Positions 13,818 to 26,404 of a DNA stretch of 64,000 nt are shown here, piece after piece; within the stretch, counting starts at the first letter, position 1; each line of letters starts with the position of its first letter. The stretch is taken from assembly GCA_028534125.1 (NCBI GenBank), contig CM052817.1, forward strand, positions 20,028,001-20,092,000, in the 5' to 3' direction. The position numbers and the translations under genes are program-made. This DNA is from Lama glama (taxonomy: Eukaryota). Under the pieces are notes generated by a model. It had not been told where the DNA came from and made no database searches. It worked only from the letters and a program-made list of their open reading frames with translations.

Positions 13818-15560
13818 GTGGCCACCTGGAGGGATCCTAAAGAGTAGACATCCAGGATGAGTTTTTGGACCTACATCACTCCTCACTCTGTTAACTAGAA
13901 GGACCAACTTACTGATAGTAATTAGAGTTCCTATTTCTCCTGCATGTAATACATCATAAATCCTATGGGTCCCACCTGTGCTTAACTGGTATGAGAAACA
14001 GTGGATCACAAAGCACCAGGATATGCTTTGACTCTGCCGCTTGAACAGTATGGGGGTAATAAAATAGTTACAACAATTGTTGAATGGCTGGACTTTTCAA
14101 TAACTGCATTTGAAGTTTCGTAAAAAGAAAATTATGGTCCCAAGGAAAACATCTGTTAGCTTAGGGCAAGCTGTGAAAGCTACAGGGCCTTTATAGCAGC
14201 TTGTAAGGAGGCTCACCTCTCCTACAGACACTGTGAATCAAGCTTAAGACCTTGAGCAACAATCGCAACACTTTGATGTACACTCCTATGTCCAGCTTTG
14301 GTAAATTTCCTATGTCAAAGGGTAGGAAAAGCCTGGGAGGGTGAGATCTAGGCTGGGGGCATCTATATAAGTGAGCCTAAGAATTCTGAACTCTCATCTG
14401 CACCTGAATCCTCTAGAGTGGGAAAAGCAATTCCTCCCCTCTTTTCTGAAGAAAGCAGCTCATCTTTTCCTTGGGATTGTACAAAGAGCTTACACAGAGA
14501 AAGTGCCTTTGTGGATTTTTCTGGAGAATTCAGGATAGTGACTTGCAATCTTCATTGCCTCTGGGTTAAAAGTGAGGGCTGGATCTTATTATAACCCAGG
14601 GTACAAAGTACAGCCCTTGCTCTGGCAAGAAATAACCTATGCACTGAAAAAAATCACATGAGGTAGCTAATGTAGTGTGCTAATAGGCAGATGTTAGCAA
14701 GGACTAGGTAGGTAAGTACATTTGGAGTAGTTAATGGCATTGTTGTGTCAGTGTGAGGATAGAAAAGATATAAGAATGGTTAGCAAAACATTTATGGGCA
14801 GGGGACACTAAATTATGTCTCCAGATAATAAGGATTTTCAAGGACACCTGTAGACAGCATTAATATTTTCCTGAGATGATTCCTCAAAGTTTGGTATAGA
14901 ATCAGACATGGCAAATGAGGTAGAGATTCCAGAACTTCCTTTTGCATGGCATCCAGGTTAAGCAGACAAAGGCTTTAGAATGGGATTATTTTGTATGTTT
15001 TGAAAACTCATATGAAAATGCATTTCCTCTAATGCAGCTATATAAAGGAGAGCCTAGAAGACATCATTTTCACACAGGAAAAAGAAATACATTAGACACA
15101 GGGAGTGAGGGAAGAGGGTGGGGCTCATTGGCAATTTTGAGAAGCCAGAGGTCATTGCCCTCACAGACTAGAGTTATTGTTAGATGATGAGTGAATGTTA
15201 TTGGGCACTCTAGGTTTCTGGAATGGCAGATCCAATAACATTACTTGTGAAATAGATGCAATATCTAAATAAATATGATGGTGCTTTGTCCCACAAAGAT
15301 GTATAATGATGGCTAATAAATTTTAGCAGCCTTGAGGTAAAATAGACAAATGGTCAAATATAGTATTGATCAACGTGATCAATATTAATCAAATATGGTA
15401 TTAAATATTTTTTTAATTGAGACCTGCAAGCAGAAATCTAATGTTAGCCTCTGAAGTGGAAAGCAACAATCCTTTAGCTAGTTCTATTTCTAAGTCAGTT
15501 CATAGATTAACAGCTTAATAGAAGAGGGACAGGGACAGTTTCCACTGAAGAGGAGCCTGG
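13818..15560 (+). mobile_element. ERVL internal region (ERV3-16A3/ERVL-E-like) with gag remnant
   Basis: Leader gtggccacctggagggatcctaaagagtagac; translation NEVEIPELP at 14914-14940 matches ERVL gag NEVEMPELP; many stops and frameshifts. Confidence 0.75.
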
Positions 15561-15748
15561 AATATTACCTTAAATACATGTGTCTTTCCCAGTTTGGAAA
15601 CAAAATACCAGCAAAGAGCATCTGTGGATATTTCTCTGCACACTGTTAAACAGATAAAGACGTGTATGTCATTCAAAATAGTTGATAAAATAACATATAG
15701 ATGGAACAACAAACTTTAAATCCACCCATTTTTTGGCAAAATAGTTTA

Positions 15749-15790
15749 TATACATATGTATGTGTATGTGTATATATATATATATATATA
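15749..15790. repeat. (TG/TA)n microsatellite
   Basis: tatgtgtatgtg(ta)n read directly. Confidence 0.95.
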
Positions 15791-16895
15791 TTACTGCTAG
15801 GAAAGAATGCTAATGTATATTTTCTTTTTCAGATTCTTTCATGTTAGACACTGAAACAAGTGCAAATCAGTGTTTGAAAGCTTCGGTTCATGTATAATTC
15901 ACTCACCTTCATACTAATTTAAAGAGTCAGTCATTGTTTTTACCTTTGTCCGCCTTAATACATTTGACACCTTTATATTCTTTCAAATGTAAAGAATATC
16001 TTTACTCTCAAAACCAACATATCCAGTTTGTTCATTTTTATAATTATCCCATCTTTTTTCTTGTTTGCAATATATTCCCTTTTCCTACTCTGTGAATTCC
16101 ATACATTTATTTTAAGATTTAGTTCTATGTGCCCCGTTACCATATTGTGTTATAAATGTTTGTTGTTTTCCATTAGGCATATATAAAACTTAGCATGGAG
16201 CTTGACTGGAGTGACATTTTTCCCTCCCCATGACACAAACACAGTGGCTGATCTTGTGGGTAAGGGCCACAGGACATTGGTTAAGACTCAAGCCTTTGTC
16301 TTTGTTACAATCCAAATCCTCAAGTTTCCAGAATTAAGTTCCCAGTCTAATTATCAACTGCAGTACATATAATAAAATAAGCTCTACTCTGGTCTAGCTG
16401 GAAATTCCTCACCTGGCTTGTAGCCCTGGATTTACCCAGGCTGATGGGCAAGAGGAAAACCTCCATCCCGGTCCTTCCCACATTAGCCACCACTGATTCG
16501 GTCACACACAAGCCCATTTGTTCTCCGCGCACTTCGTAATTCCAGGCTTTCCTAAATTTACATCACAGTTTCTGCTCTGTATTGCTCTTCCTATTCTGGC
16601 CAATACTAGACTTGAAGCTCAAGAATGCACTTGAAGCCTGCCTACCATCATGGTCAGTTTGGGAATTTTTACCACACTGTGACTGGTCCTGGTGTATGCA
16701 AATTTATAGACGTCTCATTCAGGTTTCATTAACAAACATTCACACATTGCTACACTGAATCTAACCCAATTTGTATAAAATATCGTCACATTTACTCCAA
16801 ACAAAATACAGTTTGATGAAAAAACAATGATATATCTCTTTCTGAACAAAAAGAAAAACATGTCTCCTTTTATTTGTTTTCTATGTGTTTTCCAG

Positions 16896-17046
16896 TGCAT
16901 CCCGGTTGATGAAATTGTCATCATATTACAGCATGTCTCTATGACACGTGTGACATTTGGTCAGTAGTTCTCATTTTAATCAAATGAGGACATGCTAGCA
17001 AGTTGATGATTCAATTATGGGATCTGAAACTGTAAGCTTTGCCCAG
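16896..17046 (+). other. Candidate non-coding exon
   Basis: Pyrimidine tract ...tgttttccag| acceptor; donors cag|gtatgc (17046) or act|gtaagc (17031); stops in all three frames. Confidence 0.25.
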
Positions 17047-17423
17047 GTATGCTGTTATTGGTTTGGTTTGTTGTTTTTTTTTTCCCATATGCTTAACAAT
17101 AGTCCTTTACATCTGTGGATTTTAGCTTTCTCTAGAATTTAAGGCATTACAATGTATTTAAACAACATGCCAAAATTAAAAATGTAATAGGTCCTAGAAG
17201 TTTCCAAATGGTGCCATCAAATATAAAGGTGCTATCAAGCTGAAATATGCCCTTGGGTAAAACTGCCCACTTTTTTGTAAATCCAAATATATTTGATTTT
17301 GTACTGGAAATTATTCTGCTGAATACATTACTGGCAATAGGAAAAAATTAATCAAGCCAAAAGATTGTTATAGCATCTCAGCTGCATCCTTCAACTTTGA
17401 AGTATTTAATATTCCTATTGTTT

Positions 17424-17478
17424 GTGTATGTGTGTGTGTACGTGTGTGTATGTGTATGTGTGTGTGTGTGTGTGTGTG
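17424..17478. repeat. (TG)n microsatellite, interrupted
   Basis: Read directly. Confidence 0.95.
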
Positions 17479-20400
17479 CATATATATTTTCCTAGTGAAG
17501 CTGCCAATAATTTTTTTTCTTGATTCTGTTGAAATATGTTACTTTCTAGGTGTTAATCAATGAGGTATGTTATGCAGATTACATTTTTCCTGTGAAAAGT
17601 GTTCAGATTATGGGCAGGTTCTAAAGGTTGCTATCATAAATATGACAGTTATAAAACATAGTCAATATACTTCTAAGATTCTAAATATATCGTTCTACCT
17701 TTATTGAACTTATAAAAATAAAAATGTATGGCAATAAAAGTTAATTTAAGAACATATTTAAATAATGTACAATGTAACGTTGCTAATGATAAAAATGACA
17801 CTTTATCACAGTGGATGTCCTAGCTAAAACTAGAACAGATTCTCAGCAAAATAACTTAATATTTTAGTAAAAACTGACTTCCAATCTAATATTACTTAAA
17901 TGCTGTTATAGTATTCAGTTGTTTGACAGCACTTTAGAATATATTTTATTATCTCAATAGCATGGAGAGACGAGAAATATTCTTAGCTCTAGTTCTAAAT
18001 TTCAGTAAAAAGTCATTACTCTTGTCTTCTGTGATAAGAAGTTGCATTCTGAGAAAACAAATGATCACAAGTATTTCCTCTAATATCTCTTAGTATCTTG
18101 ATTGTATTGGTAGTCAAACATAAGGTCAATCTCTAAAGCCTACGCTTCTGTGGAGGAAGTCATCCTTTGATTTTGAAGAAGTAAATAAAAAAGAGCTATT
18201 TGAAGGACAGTAACAAAAATCAAGAGTATGCTGTAATTTTAATAACCTAAATGAATATGCCAGGAATAAAGTCATGCCAACAATTAATATTTTATTGAAA
18301 CATGAAATACTATGACGATAACTCCTAGACACTAGTGGGTTATATACTTTTGACAGGGTCCTCTTTTGAGGCATTAATTTCTTTCCAGGTGTCTCAACAT
18401 AGAAATCTTAAAAGAATGGGAAGTTAAATTTCCTGTCCACCTCACCTCCACTTTCAGGAGTACAGAGCACTCTTTTCCAAAGGATGTTAATGATATATTG
18501 TTTTTCAGGGCCTTACCAGGGTTTGAAAAGGGGGAAAAAAGGGAAGACTTGAATTGACTGTAGAGGTGAAGTGCAGGAGGCTGGTTCTTGGAGGTGAAGA
18601 TTGGTTATAAATTCCAGAATTGCAGAGAGGAGAAGGCTGGCAGGATAGAGAAAAAAATGGAGGTATAGGTCTCAATCCTCATGTAACATCATGGACTTTA
18701 TATGATTCTGAGGGATTAATGTATAGATATTTAGGGCCTGCAGAATTCATCAGTCACTGTGGCTTTGAGAAAGGCAGGTGAGTTTCTGCCTACCATATTT
18801 AACATTGAAGGATGCTTTCTACTTTTATTCCTCTTTTCTTTTTCTCTTTAATTTTATTAAATTTTAAAATGTAGGTATAAGACATATATGTCACAGATCC
18901 ACAGTCTATTCCAGTTCAAGTTTTTAGTTAGAATACTAAAATCCCCAGTCTCACATTTACCAAGTGGTTTGTTGAAATATCGAATTAAACAAATAAGTTG
19001 ATGGTGTTTTAGGAAAGTTTAATATATGCACCAGGCATTTTGGCAAGATTGTGGTCACTCTAAGTACAACCAAATTTCAACTGCCTGGAAACTCTTGTTT
19101 TTGAAATATATACATAGATAGCTTTGTCTCCGCTTGTTGGGATTACTCATTCAAAATAATGATTTAAAAATGAGACACAGGAGAACATCCCTTGTCCATA
19201 CTGATGAGAGTGGCAGTGTGTGATGAGCAATTATTTGTGTTATAAAAGACGTTATTGGCAAAGCTCTCAAGTGATTAACTCTTGTACTCAGGATCTGCAT
19301 TACCTTGTCCAAGGTGATATTGCATCTAGATAGAAGGGTAATATAGTTAGTACTTTTCCTGGTCTCATAGTCTTTTCTAAGCCTGGTTCTCCAGGTTTCA
19401 GTGAGCTTCTGTGAGCTCTTTCCTATACTTCATTGATACTCAACTTAAACAAAATAGAGTAAGTTGTTGTCTTGAAAGGACACACATTGGATGGATGAAC
19501 TATTTGAGCCTGGTGTAAATGACAGCAGTGTTGAGGAAGCTTTCAAAATGGAAGGTTTCATAGAATGTGTCCGGTTTGATAATTGCTAAATCTTCTTAGA
19601 GATGTTTTGATAACTTCCATATCCACATGCAGAATAAGTTTTCTTGAATGTATAAGAATGTCTAGGTCACTTGTCCTTTTGTTTTTCTTTCATTGGTTTT
19701 ATAGGAAAATGTAAGATTTTCCTTGTATACTGTGTAAAGGTGTGCCTTAGTGTTATACAGAAGGAAGGAAGAATGCCAAGCTACACAATTTCCCAGAGAA
19801 ACATAACACATGTGAAGTTGCTTGATCAGTGTCAGAAATTGTATACAATCTAAGAAACTTAGAATAAGAGATCATAAACCAAAAATTACAGCCTCTGTTT
19901 CTGCAGAGCATTGAAACCATGTGAATGCCAACAATTTTCTTGTAAGGATCATATCATCTACCATTTTTTGAGGCGTACTATAAATCCAGAAACAAAATAC
20001 ATGCCATCCTCAATCAATCAGATCATCTTGAGATGGTTTTTAAATCATACACAAGAAGAGTAGCTAATGATGTAGTAAGAGTGTAAGACTCCACTGACAG
20101 AACTTTTTTCAGTGACCCTGAGATTGAATGCAGGCATGTGTCTTCCTGATCTTCCTTTTATTAGAGGCTCCAAAAATATTTTGTGAAATCTATCCAAATT
20201 TGGTCAGAAAAAAGAAAAACAAATATGATCCAACACTTTTGATAAATACATAACACAAAACTTTTCAAAATAGCTGCTCAGATAGGAAAACCTAATATAC
20301 AAATAGGTATTTGAGATACAAACCAATATGTCTATACACTGGAGAAGCATTTTGATGGATGTGGTGTTTCTTTCCAATTCCTGCTTCCCAAAGTAGGAGT

Positions 20401-21892
20401 GGAAGCCCCTGCTGAAACAAAAGAATCACATCTAACTCTATAATTTCAGCCTCTCTAATCTTTATCCACTGCACCTGGTTCATGTCTCCATTTACTCGAC
20501 CCATTTCCACAGGCTAGAGTTACAGCCTTCACTGGCTGCTGGCCAAAAATAAACAAAGCGAAGAAAAAGTGAGTCTTTGCATCCATGCCTCCCCAACACA
20601 ACATCAGACAGAAAAAAAAAAAAAGCTTGTAATCATTACAGCATTTTTAAATCAAAGCACACCACTATCAATATCTTATTCAATATCTTAATTTTAAAGA
20701 TATTATTTAATTGTGATTTTTAAGAGTACCTTTGAAAAGGGTTACTTTTGGATCCTGTGGTGGAATTTCACTTGCCACTGGTTTAACTGATTGTCTACAT
20801 TCTGCATTTTCAATCTTGTGAATAGATACGCATGGGTTTTGCTGTAGTAAGCATTATTGCTGGAGTGTTCTGAGTACATGCTAGGAATTTTACACATATT
20901 TTAGACGAGGGGGCTGCATCTGTGGAAATTTATATATGGAGTGTTAGGTATTACTGTACATATGCAAACTTGTTTAGAAAATATGCAAATCTCTTGTTGT
21001 TATTAATACTAACACCTGTCCAAACCATGTGTTAACTCAGAGAGAGAAAATGTATGTATTTGTTGTAATGTAGAGATTTGCTAACATGAATATTTCTAAC
21101 AATTCATTTTTATGCTTTTCTGGAAGCTTCATTTTTGGCTCCCAATCTGAGAGAATAAAAACAAACTGTACTACGGTTTTAAAAGTAGATTTCTAAGCAA
21201 ATATGTTTTGATAAATGTTGAAAAGTAATCAAGAACAAAATATATTTTTGTGTGCAAAATACAATTTGAGGTTTTAATGCTTCTCATTCAACGGATTATT
21301 CTAGATATTTTTGGTCTTCAAACTCATTGTATTGTGTAAAGCACACTTTCCTGAGCAAAAGCTGTAGTTTACACAATAACAACCCAGCTACAGAAAAAAG
21401 TAAATGAGCTAAATGACAGATGTGATAAGGAAGAAGGGAAGGTGAATGTCTTTCTAACCAGGGGATTGGGAAAAATTCACATGCCAGTAGACAATGTAGC
21501 CAAATCTTAAAATATAGGCAAGTATATGACATGCGAAACTGTGCCCGCCTGCTGCAGATTTTATGGAAACAGTCTTAGTTAAGACAATAGTGATAGTTTA
21601 TTAGGCTACAGTTATAATTTTGTTTTATTTTTCAGTCCCATTAGTAGTTAATAGTAAAGATCACTGTATGTAAAATCGGTTAAAAAAATTAGTGGAGACA
21701 AAAATTCTGACAGCGTCCAATGGGCTCTATTTTCAAGCCTGTGCAATGGAATGGTTGTGTGCAGTGAGTTTATTGATCCAGGTCATGAGCCTTTCAAGCT
21801 CTGCTTTGTGATGAGGTCCTGCTGGAGAGAACAAGCCGGGCCTGCCCGGGGTTTCTTGCTCCTTTGGCTAAGGCAGACACAGGCCCTGAGGC

Positions 21893-22970
21893 GCCAGCAT
21901 TTGGTGTGGTCGGTGTTCTGGGATTTTGGCCATTTTAATAGGTGTATACTAGAATCTCACTATTTTTTTTTTTGTAATTCTAAAACTATGCAATAATTTG
22001 TTTACTTAATTTTTAATTAAATTTTATAACATTTTTCTATATCTCAGTTGCAATAAACAGTAGCGTGGTAAGAAAAGAATATTTAATCTTTGTTGGTATG
22101 AATCTCAGTGAAAAACACTTGAACATTTCCAAGTTACTTAGAAACACACTTGAGTCATACTTACACAAAATTTCCAACTCTATGAGTTCAGAGGCATATA
22201 ATCTGTATTTATATAATTTTTATGAATATTTATATGTAATATATTCTTTGTTGTTGTTGCTTTAATTTGCAATTCCCTCAAGGCATACGATGTGGAACAT
22301 TTTTTCACATGCTGATTTGTTCTCTATGTATCTTTTTTTAATTGAGATGTTTGTTTTTGGCTCATTTTTAGTCAGTTTGTTGTTATTGTTGGTTTTTAAG
22401 AGTTCTTTGTGTATTTCGGATAATGATCCTTTATTCAAAGTGTATTTTGCAAAATTTTCTCAGTCTGTTGCTTGCCTTTTCACACTTTAACAGAGTCTTT
22501 CACAGAACAGAGGCTGTGTTTGTTTTATTTTAATGAAGTTCAGCTTATCAATTCTTTCTTTCACGCTTGTTGCCTTTGGTGTTGTATATATAAAGACATC
22601 TCCAAACCTAAGGTAATCAAGACTTTCTCCTGTGTCTTCTTCCAGGAGTTTTACAGTTTTGCATTTTGCATTTAGGTCTGTGATCCATTTTGAGTTAATT
22701 CTTGTGATGGATATAAGGTCTGTGTCTAGATTCATTTTTTTGCACACAGATGTCCAGTTGTTTCAGTCCCATTTGTGAAAAAGGTTACTTTGCTCCATTG
22801 CATTGCCTTTGCGTCTTTGTCATAAGTGGACTATATTTATATGGATTATTTTTTGGCTCTCTGGTCTGTTCCATTGATCTACTTGTGTATTCTTTCACTA
22901 ACATTCCACTGTTTTGTTTATGGTAGCTTTATGCTGTGTGTTAAAAGTCGGGGAGTATCAGTCCTCAGGC
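21893..22970 (-). mobile_element. L1MA/L1MB ORF2 C-terminal fragment, interrupted at ~21963-22247
   Basis: ORF 22487-22747 gives RINSKWITDLNAKCKTVKLLEEDTG (L1 ORF2 KINSKWIKDLNV..TIKLLEENIG); ggattttggccattttaataggtgt continues as ttgctttaatttgcaattccc after the insert. Confidence 0.92.
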
Positions 22971-23039
22971 TCCATTAAACTTAACCACCTTATAGTTAAA
23001 TTAACCACTTTTAAAATGGAAGTCAGTGTGGCAGTAAAT

Positions 23040-23295
23040 TAAGCAGGATGGTGAAAGGGTTAAATGAAGGCTCTGGTCTCAGACAGTTTAGGACTGAATA
23101 CCAGCTCTGCTCCTTACTAGTCCCATGATGTTAGACATAGGCAATCCCCTTTGCTTGTTTAAAACTCAGTTTCCTCATCTTTAAAATGGGAACATTGGAG
23201 GGTGAATCTCATTGCATTGTGAAATTAAATAAAATTTTGTATCTGCAGTGTTATGCAAGGTGCATCTCAAGTAAGGTGAGCTATATCATTATTCT
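23040..23295 (+). mobile_element. MIR SINE, near full length
   Basis: Core ctcagtttcctcatctttaaaatggg with head ggctctggtctcagacag. Confidence 0.88.
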
Positions 23296-23479
23296 CAGTG
23301 GCAGCAGATATATTATTGATGAAGCGTTGTCAGCCAACTCTGGATTCCAATTCTTGTTCTGGGGATTAGGTAGCTACATAGGGTATTGTGAGTATGGAAC
23401 CTAAAAACACCTAGCAAAGCCCCAGCACAAGGAGGCCCTAAGAAAATGTTAGGGAATTGGATAATTAGAAATCAATCTC

Positions 23480-23625
23480 TCCGATAGTCAATTTCCTTTT
23501 CTGTAAAAAGCATGATATTTAATACCTGCCTTTCAGTGTTCTTGCCAAAATGAAATCAGATTATACATTTAATTGCCTGCAGTAGTATAAGGACTGAACA
23601 AATTACGTCATCATTATTATATTAT
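23480..23625 (+). mobile_element. MIR fragment
   Basis: tcaatttccttttctgtaaaa...aatacctgcctttcagtgtt. Confidence 0.65.
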
Positions 23626-23894
23626 CGAGACATATTTTGACTACAGAGCTTGAAGTTTATTGTTCGCCACAGTCCAAACTATGTCATTTGAAAAATATAG
23701 CATGTTGCATTTTTTTGGCTGTTTTAATTTAATGCACTGATTTGTTTGCTTGAATGAAAGCTAGCTCAAAAGTCCAAAATAAAAATGAGGGAAAAGGAGA
23801 CCTGCTCTGTTTGAAGCAGTGGAAAATGAAGATTTCCTCTTACTGAACCCATTGCCCCTCCCATCAACGTGCCCTTGAAGTGCCTCTGTGGAAA

Positions 23895-24035
23895 ACCAGT
23901 GATCTAGTCCAATCTCATTTCACATAGAAAAGCTGAAAAGTGAATTTACTCCAACAAAGCTGTAGAGAAAGTTAAAGGCAGAACAGGAATAAAATCAAAG
24001 ATCCGAGATCTCTGGTCCTTGCTTTTCCTAGTAAA
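23895..24035 (-). mobile_element. MIR3-like fragment
   Basis: gatctagtccaatctcatttcacatagaaaagctga. Confidence 0.6.
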
Positions 24036-24744
24036 AGGCATGAGCACCACCCTGGGCTTGACAGTGACATCATGATGTATGGGTTGTATCACAGGTTCCC
24101 GGGAGGCAGGGAGAGTGGAATTTATTCTGCAGTTCCAAGTGCTTTGGGCACTTACTACATAGTTTGCTGCTCCATTCACTTCTCTCACGGTTGAAATTTA
24201 TTGACTGACAGTCGTTTGGTTTTATTTTGTAAAATAAAATTTTAATTCGTATGTTGAATTATTATTAGACTATTCTGCAAAGTTGGCGAAGATTAAATGT
24301 TTTGTAGGTCAGCATTCTAAATGGCCATGCCACAGAGCCAAAATTATGAAATGCACTTTCCTATTTTTTAGTCCATGTGAATATGATTTAAAACATCTTC
24401 TCCTTTTAAAAAAATACCATAAACAATAGTTTCAAACAGTTTTCAGTGACAGCATGTTGACACTAAAAACATTTTTGCAGTTGTAATAAAGTGACGAAGC
24501 ACTGATCGATCATTCAAAGAAAATGGCAGTACCATTCTGGTTAGCACAATCTATTATTTACTGATTAAATTAAAATATATTTCAAAAGTAAACTATTATT
24601 ATCAAATTGATAGCTGAAAAATGGTAAAAAAATAATCTTCATTATTTGGGGGGTTTTTTGGTCTTCAGAAATGAAATGTAATGATGTATTTTAAAATGCT
24701 GTAGTTAATAAAAATTGGGAATAAGTGTGCTAAACTGAGTAGGG

Positions 24745-25211
24745 TTGAATGTGGGTTCCTCTAAAATGTTGCTAAAACAACTTGATGAGTTATTGCTTAC
24801 CGTAGCAAGGGAAATAACCATCTCCATAAAGTTTTAGTGAAAAAAAATTCAGGATATTTATGAGATTTTGAAGCCTGCTTTAGGATGCCACTCTTAGCAG
24901 GGGCTTGGTTGGAATTCCACAGGATCATAATGTAATAGCTTAGGATTGGTGGATGCAGTAAGTAGGTGAGACATTTGAGACAAGTGGGACATCAGAGTTT
25001 TGGGGGGTAAGCTGTCCTTTGATACTTCCTACTGAAGAGTTTCTGCGTCTTTCAGGTAGTTCCTAAGATAAATAATAAAATTATTTGCCACTTTTATTTT
25101 CCTAGGCAAAGCATTCCCAGAATATTAAAGCCATGATGATGAAGAGAATGAATCGTAAAGTCATATTAATGAAAACAGTAAGCTGTGTAGATTTAGACAT
25201 TTGGGTTTTCA
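24745..25211 (-). mobile_element. Probable ERV1-class solo LTR (MER90/MER110-like)
   Basis: ~460-bp block starting tgaaaaccc on the minus strand; ttattgcttaccgtagcaagggaaa resembles an antisense LTR poly(A) region; family uncertain. Confidence 0.5.
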
Positions 25212-25611
25212 GAGGATTCACATGTCAGAAAGATAAGAGTGAAAAAAATAAAATCAGAAATTGTGTACGCTTTCAAACTGCAAAAATATAAGGATTTTAT
25301 TTCCCTCCACAAAATTAACCCATATGTATGTTTTCAAAAGCATTCCCACGTCTGTTGCAAACTTCTAATGGATTGTCTGAAAATGTGTGCTCTGAAACCT
25401 CAAAGATTCTTCTCCAGTGTCATTCTCACTGGGTCAAAGAGTTAACGACATTTTCACAGACAATTTACACCTTGTTCCTTGAAGTACCTACCCCAGGGTG
25501 CCTTTGCCTCCAGCTGAAGGTACCAGATAAAGAGTCCGCAGAGAAATTTGCCCTTAATCTTAGTAGCTGCTCCATTGCCTGCACAAATTCCGTATCTAAT
25601 CTTTTCCTCTC

Positions 25612-26305
25612 TTCAATTCATTCTTTCATTCATTCAACAAATAACTGCCGGGTTGCTGGTATGGACAAGACAATATAGCAGCGATGGGGACCAAGACGAG
25701 AGAGGAAATCACAGTCCTGAGCTTCATTTCCTTCTGCTTGGGAAAAAAAATCAGTGAACAGTTAGCATTGTAATCACGCTGAGGGATGAAGGAAGACATA
25801 GGCTGGGGTCCAAACAAACATAGAATAAGAAAAGCAAACCTAATGTGGCCAGGAATGGTTTAGGAAAGATTTTTTGAAAAAGTGAAGTTTAAGCATTGAA
25901 CTTCCTGATAAGTACGATTTAGCCAGGCAAAATGGCAGTGGGAGGGAGAAGACAGAATGCTGGGCACAGAAAAAGCATTCATTTATTCATTAATTGAACA
26001 AGCATGAATTTCATTCCTTGTAGAGTAGACACTTTTCCAGGCATTGTAAATATAGTGTTAAAAGGGGAATAAAAACAAACAAACAAAAGAAATGGGAGAG
26101 TTATATTCACACAATAGATAGAAAAGAACATAGTGTAGTGTGGCCATGGACTTGAAAACATACATAGGGCTCGTGTTAAGAAACAAAACGGGAAGAAAAT
26201 TTGCAGAGTTAGACGAGGTTAGAGTAGCCAGGACCCTTGTCTAAGCTGTGTCAAGGAATTTAGACTTTTCTTAAAGACACTGAAAACTGCAGAATTTTAA
26301 GCTTA
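25612..26305 (-). mobile_element. L2 3' region with a second L2 3' end nested at ~25977-26100
   Basis: Two antisense L2 tails (ttcattcattcaacaaata; ttcatttattcattaattgaacaagc) plus ggaaagattttttgaaaaagtgaagtttaagc and tcaaggaatttagacttt. Confidence 0.75.
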
Positions 26306-26404
26306 CAAAGAGTTTCATGCTTTCTCTTAAAAAAAAATGCAGCCCTAGATACACATAAGAGTTTTAAAATTGCCTTCCAAGACTGCCTTACATGTGTACT
26401 ATGC

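Noticed and set aside
20292..20430. Minus-strand acceptor (ttcttttgtttcag) with open frames
   Set aside because: No convincing donor and no recognisable peptide.
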